A DNA stretch of 63,407 bases, the filler included, from Stramenopiles sp. TOSAG23-6 (Eukaryota), in NCBI GenBank assembly GCA_900128565.1. It is 12 parts of 12 records of this genome, joined end to end, with 100 filler letters (N's around TTAATTAATTAA, not from the genome) between each part and the next. Parts side by side here need not be neighbours in the genome. Positions count along the whole stretch, not along the records: positions 1 to 6,063 come from LT636788.1; positions 6,164 to 12,219 come from LT636789.1; positions 12,320 to 18,370 come from LT636790.1; 9 more parts are not named here. One strand, written 5' to 3'. The notes beneath the pieces were generated by a model. That model had not been told where the DNA came from. It did not search any database and saw nothing but the letters and a program-made list of their open reading frames with translations. The translations under genes and the position numbers were made by a program. Of this stretch, positions 1 to 12,382 are shown one piece after another (within the stretch, counting starts at the first letter, position 1; each line of letters starts with the position of its first letter).

Positions 1-80
1 TTTTTTGAGTGAAAAAATTCATTAGGTACAAAATTTCGTATGAAAAAAAATTAAAATAAAAGCGAATGTTGAAAATGTAC

Positions 81-1216
81 ATGACGGTGTAAGTCGCCGT
101 TCATTATTTGCTCAATTCTGCTTCGTTTCCGTTTCGTCCTTTCTTTGATGAGCTTCACTTTATGCTTCGGTATTTCCCTAAAACAATTTTGGAAATCTTC
201 ACGAGACCACCAATGGCAGAATAAGTCTGAAAGATTTTTTATTTGGTCACTGTCTACTAATGAATCTTCTTCAGATAAATCTATATGTAAAAATTCAATT
301 TGAAAAGGACGTATTTTTTTTTCATTATATGAAATCACTTTTGCCATTCTCCAAGAGCCTCTTTGATCACCCTTTAATGCCGATGAAGGTACATACACTT
401 GTTGACCAACGATACTATCAGTTATTTCTGAAATTTTCATTAATGATAAACGAGACGGCCTTGGCATCCATGTATCACCTGAAGTACAAGGAAGGCATAA
501 TGAAATTGTAAGTAAACAAATGTACAGGCATTTTCACCAGAATTTTTACACTGGTAACTTTCTCCATCACAATTTCCTCTACAGACTATACAATGAAACA
601 ACTTTTCATGTTTTGTTCTTTCAACTAAATTATTCGGAAAATATGAATGCCTGTATTTCTTTGGGAGGGTAATAAGTGATACGCCATCATCTGCAAAAAT
701 ATTTCTGACTGGAGACGTTTTTTTTCCTTCCACTTCAAGAGACACTTTTGTAGGGTTTGTAGGGTTTGTAGGGTTAGGAGCGAAGATGGTTTCAGTTGAT
801 TTATCCGTAACCAATCCTAAATCTTTCGATACGGCAACATCAGATGTACAGTGTTGATCTGAAGGTATGGATGATGTAAGGGGTATTATCGTTTCGGTTT
901 CCTCGTTGAAAAATCCAATCTCACGACATTCCTTAAAACTAGAAGAATCCCAACCTTCGACTGGGTTGTCAAGAATGTCTCTCTCACTTTTTAAAGTTTT
1001 AACATAGTATGAAAATGTACCAAGTGGTGTCTTGCCACTATTCAATGGTGGTTCTTCAACATCAAAGGCTATAACACGTACAATTTCCCAGCAAGTAACG
1101 TACGGCGGAACTGGAGGTGCAGCAATTACAGTATTAACGAGGTCATGCCCTCGTTTTTCTATCGATAGCATGGGATACGCCTTCATGGCTTCTACTGATA
1201 TATTTAATACATTCAT
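81..1216 (-). CDS. Hypothetical protein with Cys-rich (PHD-like) segment, 3' partial; small intron ~470/479-525; family intron donor at 80
   Basis: ORFs 440-1222 and 51-467 join in frame; CIVC..C..C..W pattern. Confidence 0.5.
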
Positions 1217-1536
1217 TTGCACTTATTCAAAACTCAATACATATTGGCATTCCGCTCTTGCTCTCTCTGGATGAACTAAAGTGTATGATATATTATAATA
1301 AGGACGTTCTATTAGAAGAATGCGTCTTGTTCTCTCTGTGAAGCTTTCCAAGTTTGACATGAGGCATCATTTGATTTGACCCGCGCTCCGCGCGGTTCTT
1401 TGACACGTGTCGTCACGTCTTGTGTCACTCTCATGAGTCATGATCAATGATGTCACTCAGTTTTTGAATAACAGAAACAAGTTTTTACAAGTTTACTTTA
1501 GTAAGTATTACAAAAATTTAACAATCGACTCAGATT

Positions 1537-2079
1537 ATGTTTTTCTCTTCCAATTCCGAGACAAAGATTATTTCACTTGATTCAGAAGTTGAATTACTTC
1601 CAGATACAAACAATAAGATATTGATACCAAGGAAAACTATCATGAAATGTTCAACCACCGAAGTTTTTACCTTCTCTGCGTCTAGAGAAGATGAAGATTG
1701 GTTCTTTGTTCCACTTGATTTTTCTTCAGATGAAGAAGCAATCCTGGAACTTTCTGAGTCACGCGTGACATCTGTGGACGAAGGCGATACTAGCGCGAGT
1801 GATGACAGTCTCGACTTGATGTGTGAGGACTTGATGGATAGTGACGAGTGGGAAGATGTCAAGAGTGAAATCTGCAAAATACACGACAATGAGGATACAC
1901 CGAGCTTGCCTCAAAGATATTTATCAAATGATAACCAGTGTTCTAAAAGTGTTACAAACATTCCAACGAATCGATGGGCAGGATGGAGTGAGAGACTTTC
2001 CCAGAAGGAACTTGAAAGAAGAAAACAAAATATCGTGTGGCGTAGATGGATACCAGGTACCATCCCCGCTACTAAATAA
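1537..2079 (+). CDS. Hypothetical acidic protein
   Basis: 180-aa ATG ORF downstream of a divergent promoter-like region; no recognised domain. Confidence 0.45.
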   Translation: MFFSSNSETKIISLDSEVELLPDTNNKILIPRKTIMKCSTTEVFTFSASREDEDWFFVPLDFSSDEEAILELSESRVTSVDEGDTSASDDSLDLMCEDLMDSDEWEDVKSEICKIHDNEDTPSLPQRYLSNDNQCSKSVTNIPTNRWAGWSERLSQKELERRKQNIVWRRWIPGTIPATK

Positions 2080-2232
2080 TGCATACATATGAAAATCAGT
2101 TGAAGATAATTTCGTTTATTATTTTCATATATGAACGATATTTGTCAAAGTTGTTGTTTGTTTAGTGAGAGAATATTAATAAACCCCATATTTTATATTT
2201 AAAAATTCTCAAAATACAAATCTTGCGTTTTT

Positions 2233-3730
2233 TCATTTGCGTTTTGGATTCAACTTTTTCCAAACGATGTACCCAAGAGCAGCGACACTAGTACACGTAG
2301 CCAATATAATAAGCGATGCCGTCAATCTATTATTTTTGTCTCGCTTTATTGAATGTTCCATTTGAAGTTTTATATTTGAATGGATAGATTTTGCACTGCC
2401 ACCACGTGAAAGTTTAATTTTATCACGAAATAATGTATTTCTGGTAATGCTAAGCTGTAACCCACGAATGCTATCATCGCATTTCACCATAGAGAACGTT
2501 TTGGTTTTACAAAATATTTCATTATTTGTAACTATCATACAACAGTCATCTGAATTTTCATTATTATTTTCATTATTGTTTTCATTAAAATGTTCATTAA
2601 AATGTTCATTAAAATGTTCATTAAAATGTTCATTATTGTTTTCATTATTATTTTCATTATTGTTTTCATTAAAATGTTCATTATTATTTTCATTATTGTT
2701 TACATTAAAATGTTCATTAAAATGTTCATTAAAATGTTCATTATAAATATATTCATTATTGTTTTCATTAAAATGTTCATTATCCGTCATAATAGCATTA
2801 TTTTCATTCGATATACGAATTGGACAGATTTTGACTTTGGAATGCGAGAAACAAATTTTATTTGAAGCAACCAACATTCTTCCTTTACCACGTAAACTGA
2901 TATAACCACCATGCAAAATATTTTCTTTCAACGAAACTGAAGCTTGATTTGTATGTATATGTATTTTGGAGAAATATTTGAAAAAAAAAAACTAAAATTT
3001 GTTAGGTACAACATTTCGTACGAAAAAAAATCGATTTTTTGTTTTAAAAAAAAAATAAAACATACATGATGCCTGCATTGGAGAAGAAAATTATTATATA
3101 CCATTGGCGTTGAACCTCGAAGGACTACAACTGAGCAGGATGTATGATGCGATACAATATTTTGCTTCATATCTGCAATCGAATTCATATCAAAATAAAA
3201 ACCTATTTTTGACATTTCCAAAATGTTTTGTTGAAAAATTGGAATTAAATTACTTTTTTTCCTATCCTCGTATAGAAGCGAATGGCCAATCACCATGATA
3301 TTTTTTTCTCTAGAAAATGATATAATATTTCTGTATATTAAACAAGCATTAGGTTTAGAATGTACAGAAATTTCTTCTGCTTCTTCTTCAACTATATCCC
3401 AGAATGAAATAGATCGACGCCCAAGAGTCATATATTGTAAAAAATATTTTATTTTTTGAAAATTTGTTAGGTACAAAATTTCGTACGAAAAAAAAAGATG
3501 TAAAGAATTTTTTATGGTTGATTACGTACATTGACATTTCATCTTTTGAAACTGTAATTCCAACCCCATTATGAAATATACAATTATTTCGAATCATGGG
3601 AGAACGTCTTAAAACGCATATACCTGTTCCATAACCACTTATTGAATTACGAGAACACTGTGCCATGGATGTGCGTACAATGATACCAACACTTCTACCA
3701 AAATTCAACCAATCTGATGTTTTGGGGTCT
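2233..3730 (-). CDS. Right-handed beta-helix repeat protein with C-terminal TM segment, 5' partial (exons 3730-3530, 3429-3066, 2958-2233)
   Basis: GI.V...S.P.I.NN.I beta-helix-type repeats; two GT-AT introns give in-frame joins (SM|TLG, HH|IHT). Confidence 0.6.
2560..2782 (-). repeat. 12-bp-unit coding tandem repeat (NEHF / NENN)
   Basis: Repeated aaatgttcatta units on + strand. Confidence 0.85.
2959..3065 (-). other. GT-AT family intron
   Basis: CAT|gtatgt..core..ccaaaatacat|ATA in frame. Confidence 0.8.
3430..3529 (-). other. GT-AT family intron
   Basis: AT|gtacgt..core..acaatatat|G in frame. Confidence 0.8.
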
Positions 3731-3822
3731 ATGTATTTTGGAAAAATATTTCAAAAAAAATAGTTAGGTACAAAATTTCGTACGAAAAAAAAAATTCGAA
3801 TTTGAAAAACAATAAAACATAC
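3731..3822 (-). other. Family intron, probably chimeric between two genes
   Basis: Phase-1 donor from bHLH gene, phase-2 acceptor into beta-helix exon. Confidence 0.6.
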
Positions 3823-4474
3823 ATGACATTTCAACTGATGATAATTCATGTGGTGCCCCTTCGATTAGTGGTGCACATGATGATGATATTGGTGTCTTTT
3901 GCAATTTTACAGATGCTTCAGGTCCAATAGCTGCTACCATCATCTGGTTAGAATGCATTAATTCAGCACACATTGTTTCTAAATCGTTCAACCTGTGTTG
4001 ATAGTGTTTTTCCTTCAAACGCATCGCCCGAATTCTATCTACGGCCATGGATAGAATTTTAACTTTCGTATATTTAGATTTAGCATCACCAGAACCATCG
4101 CTATTATCATTGTCGCCATATCCATTCTCTCCCGGGAGACTTGTGCCTAACAGTTCGTTTCTAAGTTCATTAATCTTCTGCTTTATTACAGCAAGTCTGT
4201 TTTTCTCACGTTGGTTGCGTTTCGCCCTATAGTTTGCGCTCTTTGGTTTCGATTCGTCATTCTTATCAACGCCATTAAATAAGGAAAGATCTCTATTGGC
4301 CATTGATCCCATAGAAAGCTCGCTTTCCATATTCGACTTCAGAGAGTCAACAAATCCACCGTTAAGTTGACCTCCTGTAGCTCCCTCACTAAATAAGTCA
4401 GATAAAAACACATTATCAAGCGCATTATGTTTAAGTGCAACACTTGGATCTGGAGACATGAGTTGGTTGTTCAT
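3823..4474 (-). CDS. bHLH(-ZIP) transcription factor
   Basis: RAKRNQREKNRLAVIKQKINELR..TKVKILSMAVDRIRAMR basic-HLH signature followed by heptads. Confidence 0.8.
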
Positions 4475-5173
4475 TGAAACTAAAAACTAAAAATGAAAGA
4501 AATATCAGTCAGGATTTCAAAGATTACTCCAAATCAATCCAATTCTGCAATCCAAAGAAAAAGAAACACTAACTCACGATGATGATGGTGGCGCGCACGG
4601 TATCTACGGTACAATATTTTTCCATTTGTAACTGATTTGATTTGGAACACAAACAGAACACAAACTATCTCATTTTCGATTTATTTCGTGTTTTGAATTC
4701 TAAAAACTCTTTTTTTTAGTGTTTTCCTAATTCTAGTATTGAAATTGTTCTATTTTATTATCTAATATATTCCATTTAGATTTATTCATCATTTTTTCAA
4801 AAGACAAATCTATCGGTGAAAGGTTTCCTTTAAAACTTTCCTTTGGGTTGTTACCCGGGACCTGGATAAACGCGATTAATAATTATCTTCACCACAAAAT
4901 CGGGTCTCGATGTGATTGATTGAGATTCTTCAAAGAAAAACAGTTTCAAAAACTGACAAAACTGACTCGTTACTTATAGTCCTACTATTCCAGTATCATA
5001 CAAATATAATAATATACTGTTGACTCTTATAACTTACTCAAGGGTGGCACTTACTTAGAGTGGTACCAGTGCTGCTAGCTATTAGGCTACATAGTAATTT
5101 CTTCTGTCACGTTTTATCAATGTTTATTGATTCGTTACTATTTGTGTATCTTGTGAAGACAAATATATGAAGT

Positions 5174-6004
5174 ATGACTTCTATCAAAAAGAATTTTACA
5201 TCTGTACAAAAACTTGACTACGTAACAGCGCGTAAAGCAAAGCATATATTCGAAGAATATGATGTTAGTAGAAGTAATGCAATGGATACCAGAGAGGTAT
5301 TGTGTGCTTTGCATGCTCTCGGTTGCCCTGTGTCTGATTTCAACGAATTTCAAAATATATGCCTGGAAGCAGATGAAGACAAAAGTGGAAATATTGATAT
5401 TGACGAGTTTTTACATGTCGTTGAAATATTGCACTCAAAAGTACGGAAGGTTTTCCAGTCTATCGATGTTGATAGCAGTGGAAGCATTGATCGTTCTGAG
5501 TTATACCGTGCGGTCCAAAAGATGGGATATCATATTAATTTTAAGAAAGTTTCAGACATTATTAAAAAAGTTGATAAAGATGGTAATGGGGTGATTGATT
5601 TTTCAGAATTTCTGCTAGTTGTTGGAGAAATTCAAAACTTCGACCGTGAGGAGAATAAGAAAAAGGATGCATCTTTGGTTTCTCATTTAACCGACATTTT
5701 AGAAAGACTAAATCGGAGAGTAAAATTACAGAGTGAAGAATTTCCGAGAGGAAAGCAAAATATAAATGATGAGAAAACCTCCAGATACTCAAAAAAACAG
5801 AAAAAACAGAAAATTAAAACTAAGTCGCATCGAAGTAAGACAAAAGAAGTTCGTGAAACGAATGAAGAACAGCTTGATAATGATCCAAAAATAAAAGATA
5901 ATTCCTTTCAAAAACGGCTTCTCAATGAAATATCCAATGCAGATATAAACACTGTTAATGATCTCGTCGGAATTTATATCGAAACAGCAGAACTACGAGA
6001 AAAT
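5174..6004 (+). CDS. Calmodulin-like four-EF-hand protein, 3' partial
   Basis: DVSRSNAMD, DEDKSGNIDIDEF, DVDSSGSIDRSEL, DKDGNGVIDFSEF loops; family intron donor at 6005. Confidence 0.85.
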
Positions 6005-6236
6005 GTACGTTTTATTTTTTTTTCAATTTCGAATTTATTTTTTTCGTACGAAATTTTGTACCTNNNNNNNNNNNNNNNNNNNNNNNNNNNNNNNNNNNNN
6101 NNNNNNNTTAATTAATTAANNNNNNNNNNNNNNNNNNNNNNNNNNNNNNNNNNNNNNNNNNNNAAAAAAAAAAAAAAAAAAATTTGTTAGGTACAAAATT
6201 TCGTATGAAAAAAAAATTGTAGAAAAAAAAACGTGC

Positions 6237-9200
6237 AGTTGGGAAAATCATGAGCACGGTGACTCGAACCAACAGGTGCACACCCTTCAATGTATGAAAT
6301 GTCAGGCGAAGGAAATGCTGAACGTCGAACAGATTTTAATACTGTTTTTGTTAATGTATTTTGACCTCCTTTTTGTATCACCATTTATTTAAAAGACATA
6401 TTTAAATTGTTTTTTGTTAGGTACAGAATTTACTATGAAAAAATATTAATTTAATTTTGTTTTTAAATAGATTATAAAAAACATAAAAAAACATAAAAAA
6501 ACATAAAAAAACATAAAAAAACATAAAAAACATAAAAACATACACTTTTTTACCATAACCTGTAGAGAACTCGGTGTTACTGTATGTACCATCCGTTTGG
6601 GGGTAGTTTGCTTCTGTTATAGTTTGTACAAGAATACTCTTTTTGCTCAATATTTTTATGACTGATCCCGAAATTGTATTTCCAATTCCGTCAGATTGTG
6701 TCACAGACGCTCCAACGTATGAATTGTCCATAAATAAGTTTTCTCCAAAAGAAAGAGTAATAGGTAGGGCAGTTACATCTACCCACTTCCATAAACTGTG
6801 AGGCGTGCCATCGTCACTGCTCTCACTATATTTTTGTCTTGTTTCAAAGTAATAGCCTTTATATTCATCCAAATACTGTAAATCTATATTTTTTACGCTT
6901 TTTTTAAAATCTCTCCAACGTCCGAGTAAACCGAAACCATCCGTTTGGTATATCGATTGTGTTTGATATGCACCAGCATCGGTATCTGGTATTATTAGTT
7001 TGCATTGTATTGTCTGCCAAATGAAAACAACGCATATATCCTTTCCTGTAGGGTATACGTCAGCGACATTTGCTAATTCCATGCTCCATTTGTTAACATC
7101 TTCACTAACATCTGAAAGCCTAATTCTCCAAAGAGATGCATCATCTGCAAGCGCAAAAGAGACTCCCGTAGTATACGTCGAGTCATCGTATTTAAGATTG
7201 CTAGCAGAGGCGCCGACCACTTTGACTACTTTTCGACCACCAGGCAATGTATGTCGTATAGGAATCCGTGATTTGTTTGCATCATCAGTTTGAGCTGGAG
7301 CTTTCCGCGTTTGAAACGAGCCATCCTCATATAAAATTGTGATTTGCTCCCAGGCAACCGCACTTACTTCGACAGCTCTTGCGGAGACTTTATCATTCCA
7401 CATTGGGATCGCTACTGCAATTGTGTCCAATGTATTTTCAGTTCCATCATGTATTGTGAAAAAATATTAAAAAAAATCGTTAGGTACGAAATTTCGTATG
7501 AAAAAAAATTAAATAAGAAATTCATATAAAACGTACATTGGTGAAACGAGCTCTAGAAAATGCTGAGCCATCACCATCGTCATCCATCATCTGGAATAAG
7601 TATTTNTCAATTGTTATTTCATCAGATGTTGCTGAGTGATGTACGTAATTTATATCAATATTATATAGAAATGGATTTGAATATATCTTGGTCAATTCCG
7701 TTGCAGTGTTGATGTCTATACTTCCATCGCCAATGCTAATTGAACGCCCAAAACATTCTACAATGCCTGTGACTCGTATTACACATAGTAAAGTATCACT
7801 AGATGACCCATTCAAGTTTTGTGAGGCTTTGCGAACTCGTTTACATTGCCCTCCTTGAGGATGTTTGAAATATTTAGAATATAAAGTAGTATCCGATGCT
7901 GTATACCCAACATCTATCGCACTGGATCCTTTGCAAAATAAACGTCCTCTACCGTCAGTAATACACATTCCAGAATCTGTGAGTGAAGCGTCTCGAATTG
8001 GTGAAGAAATGGTGGAACTAAAATCAGGATCAAATGTAGTTTTATCCACTTTGCATAATAAACATCGTTTGTAATTATTTTGTTCCTGATTTAGTATGCG
8101 TCTTGTTTTACATTCATTAAATGCTGTGTAACATCGAACACCTTTACCCCTCGCTTCAGAAGTTTCACCTTCATCAAAATCAATATTAAACTTTATAGTA
8201 TCCTCATAAGAAGTATAAAAATTTGAACTACCAAAGCTTAATAAAGTCTCCAACTTGTCATCACCAGGAACGCACCAAATTTCAATCGTCCAACGCTCAC
8301 TATTAATGATATATTCTCCATCAGTTACATCATCAACACCTGAAAGTTTTGATAACATCTTGAAGCATGAAGTTTTATTTCCAAACGATGGTGTGTGCAA
8401 TATTGACACTAATTTACCTGGCTTCCATGTCCAATCTGCAGCTTCACATGCATTACGTGTAGCATAGTTCGTGCTACCTGTCTTCATACAACAACTTTGG
8501 TCCTGAGATGGACACACAATACCATCCAAAGACAAGGCATTCTTAATCACATTAAACCGAGTCCAAACTTGATGTTCTCTCATTTCTTCAGTAAGATTTC
8601 CATTTGCGTCAGGTATGTAGCTGGCATCAACATATATTCCATGAGCGCTCGGTTTTACTCTTGACTCCAAAAATCTCCACTCATTATATGAGCTACCGCC
8701 TGGAAAATACTCATCAGGTATAATTCCAATGTTATTGCCCATTGCCCAATGGCACACATCCGACGGTGCTGTTTTTTTTGCAGCTGGAGAATATTGATCT
8801 TTATTTGCACAATATGATGTCTGTGCTACTCTTGGTGAAGGGAAAGACAGCTCTTTACAAGTATTTTCTCTGCATTGAGTTTCTGCATTCTGGCTGCTAC
8901 CTAGCACATTTTCGGTCCAATCTGTTATTTCTGTGCATGATCTACATTTTGGAGTTACCAAATTACTCGGCACAGTATTCATTGATTTAGGTCTCGCAGG
9001 GAAACTATGTCGAGACCACACGCACCCATTGGCTGCATAGCAAGCCCAAGCACTTTCATCAAATTGGGCACAGTTGGAGCATAATTTATCATTTGAACTG
9101 TAGTTTGAAAATTTATTAATATTATCTGGAGAGTAATCATACTGGACTTGATCAACTCCCCAACACCAGAATGAATTATCTTCTAATATCACACAACGTT

Positions 9201-9882
9201 GCTCAGATCTGGAAGGTACTGCATGTATGATTGACCGATGTTTTCCTGGATCTTCCGTTTTCAAATGCCTCGGTTCACAGAATGGTCCTGAAAATGGTGA
9301 GTTCCCACTAGTTTGTGTCCCTCCACTACATACACAAAACTGATTGGTACACGTTGCGTTATTGTCACCTTCTTTGCGACATTGATAGTCATTATAGCAA
9401 CGTCCTGATGCTTTAGTACCAGTGATACTACGACACCAGGATCCGCCGTATTCCGGGTCAGAGCAGCAACATGTACCAGTCGCAGAGGTTGCACTGACTT
9501 CAGAATAACTGCACACTGCAAGAGCATCTCCTCCTACATTACAATCACTGTCAGAGATACAGTCCCCACTACGAGAGCAATAACGACCTCCAAATCCTTG
9601 TTCTTGTGTGCACGTGCACGTGGAATTTTCACACACTGCGGCACCATCACCACTTTTTCGACAATCATCATCAATTTGACACTTATTTATTGATTCGCAT
9701 TTAGGACCACCGTATCTCTTTTGATTACTGCAATTACATCGATGCGTTGTTGTATTGCAAGTAGCATCGCTATCTTCTTCTCTACAAAATGTGTCGAGGA
9801 AGCAACTCGACCATACAGTATGTAGTAGTTGTAAACATAGGAGATATATCACCAATTGTTTTGAAGAAATCATATTTTTCAT
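6237..9882 (-). CDS. Secreted Cys-rich protein with EGF-like and RCC1-like repeats, 3' partial (exons 9882-7537, 7448-6544, 6382-6237)
   Basis: Signal peptide, repeated C..D..CR..GD..A.C....C.C...GG..C units, C.I...G.L.C.G RCC1-like motifs; in-frame GT-AT joins. Confidence 0.7.
6383..6543 (-). other. GT-AT family intron containing a 10-bp tandem repeat
   Basis: GT|gtatgt..taaataaat|G gives KVVIQK; about six acataaaaaa units inside. Confidence 0.75.
7449..7536 (-). other. GT-AT family intron
   Basis: AAT|gtacgt..cacaatacat|GAT in frame. Confidence 0.85.
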
Positions 9883-10242
9883 ATAACACGTCACCAGTAA
9901 TACTATACGAGTTGTATAATATACTGACTTTTGAATATGGTTCCACTAATTATCAAATCGTTAAGAAAGATCTCAAATCACTTTAAATATATGAGTACAT
10001 GTAGTAAACTTTCAGTATTTTGAATAGTTACTCTATGAATACCCAAGAGAAGGTCTAGTAACAGTTTTTTGATACCATCGGTTTGATCAACGCCCGAATG
10101 AAAAAAGTTGTACCAAAATGGTACGAATTATTTATGAAACCAAAAATTGACCGTTTCTCATTTACGTGGACTGGTACCGTGGCCATACCATACGATCAAT
10201 ACGGTGTATGTCGAAGTTCAAAGTTGGAAAACATAGTTGCAA

Positions 10243-12213
10243 ATGATGCAAACTTTCGTAATACTCTTTTTTATTTATTTGACGTATTGTAGTGTGAAAG
10301 TCAGTGGTTGCCGTGTAGGAGTTAGTGAAAATATCTGTAAAGGATATGGCGACATGCTAGCAACATGTCGTGTAGTAACTTGTCAAGATTCTCTATGGCA
10401 ACCAACATCACCTGCAAATGCCCCATATGAAGTTTCAACCACACATTGTCAATGTATGTGCTCCGATGGAGTGAGTTCTGATCGAGCGACATGTTTAGGC
10501 AAAGGTGGGGGCGTTGAATGGACTATTGGACCATACACCTGTTCCAACGGTGTAAGCAACACACGAAATAAATGTATTCAAAGTGGAGCAAATTGGATAC
10601 CTGGTATCCCTGAATGTACAGTGAACCCTCAAACAAATACAACCAAAACACAATGTACTACAAATGGTGGTAGTTGGGTTATTTATGGATCATGTTCAGA
10701 CGGGCTTGTTCGAAAAACTCAACAGCAATGTTCCAATACAAAAGCAACGTGGGCAGTTGGCCCACCAGTATGTCTTAATAAACATGGCCACACGGCCACT
10801 CAAAAAGGGGGCAGAGAAATCACTGACCAAACTACATGTATTAAAAGAAAATTCACGTGGCAAGTAGGTGTAGAGACATGTTCACACCCAGGAAAAGATA
10901 TAATTGATGAAGCGTCCTGTGTCAATGTACGTTGACTCCTCATAAATTTGTTTTACTAATTTTGAGTTTATTTTGCTTTCATTGTGGTATTTTTTTTATC
11001 TTCGAAAATTGTGTTTTTACTAAAAAATGAATTGATTGTACTACAATATTTTTCCACAATATATCAGGGGTTTACATGGTCTTGGGATGGAGGTGATGCA
11101 TGTCAAGATGAATGTATCTGTCAAAACACAACCAAGTTTGGAGGAACATTTTGCAATAAAAAAGGATTTTGTCAAATTGATTGGCATTGTCGTAGAAATA
11201 ATGATAGTAGTGCCGTATGTAATACTACGAGTGGAACATGTGTTTGTTCAGATGATAAATTTGGTGGACCGTGGTGCGCCGCCGCAACCGTTACTGCATT
11301 TGGAAAGAAAGCAAGTAATATGGATAGAGGATATTGCGCGCGCGATGAAAATTGTACAGGTAGAAATGATGTTGATGCTGTATGTTCTTGGAGTAGTAAC
11401 TATTGTTTATGTTCTGATCCAAAATATGGTGATTCATATTGTGATGAGCGGGGAAAGTGTTCAAATGATGTTCACTGTAGAATGTTTGGGGATATGCAAG
11501 CAACATGTGTTGGAATGATACCAAAATCATGTTCGTGTAGTTCCGGATTTTCTGGGCCGAGATGTCAGCCCTCAACTACTATTGATATGACGGGTATTCA
11601 AAGACGAACTTTATTAGCAACAAAAACAAGTGACAGTGATACACAAAATGGTATGTGTGCCATGACTGTGGATGGGAGAGTCCTCTGTTTTGGTCATTTT
11701 GATGAGAGTTCAAAGTATATGTACTCATTAGAAAATACATCTACTGACGTTGCAGATGCAATAGATACAATGGGTAATTTTATTCAAGCTTTACCTGTTG
11801 CAGGTATTCCAAGTGATAAGTATATAGTTTCACTTGTTAATGCTTCTGGAAGTAGTCCTCAAATTCTCGCCGTTTTGTTGAGCGATACAGCTGCTTCAAC
11901 GTCAACTAGAAATATTTATACATTATCAAACCGTTGTGGAGCTCCTGAAGATGATGGGATTGATTTATGGGAATTGGCACCAGGAGGTAGTCGACGTTTG
12001 TCGGAGCATCTTAGTACAAGTGATGATGATAATGGTGGTGGTGGTGGTGTTTTTGATGATAATGATGGTGATGAAGTGTGGGAAAGACGTCGATTAGGTC
12101 CTGGTGGTGGTGGAGGTGGAGGTAGTGGAGATAGTGGAGATAGTGGTGGTGGAGATAGCGGTGGTGGAATCTTTCATATTTTGTTGATGTTTTTCATTTA
12201 CTTTTGCGATTGA
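10243..12213 (+). CDS. Secreted Cys-rich EGF-like/RCC1-like protein related to the divergent neighbour, 3' end uncertain
   Basis: Signal peptide, C...G..W repeats, same Cys units as the 6237-9882 gene; intron 10927-11064. Confidence 0.7.
10927..11064 (+). other. Degenerate family intron (GT-AT; a CAG 3 nt downstream is also in frame)
   Basis: AAT|gtacgt..ccacaatatat|CAG. Confidence 0.7.
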
Positions 12214-12382
12214 ATCTTTNNNNNNNNNNNNNNNNNNNNNNNNNNNNNNNNNNNNNNNNNNNNTTAATTAATTAANNNNNNNNNNNNNNNNNNNNNNNNN
12301 NNNNNNNNNNNNNNNNNNNAAAATCGTTAGGTACAAAATTTCGTACGAAAAAAAAACTCGATTTTGAAAAAAAAAAACATAC

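Noticed and set aside
470-525. 56-nt GT-AT intron
   Set aside because: A canonical GT-AG alternative (479-525) is also in frame and gives a more PHD-like ACDTW; not counted
2233-4474. bHLH / beta-helix fusion gene
   Set aside because: Exon phases are incompatible (join gives TAG); most simply a mis-join within the repeat
6108-6119. Periodic TTAATTAATTAA every ~6.1 kb
   Set aside because: Artificial linker between contigs; gene order across it is meaningless
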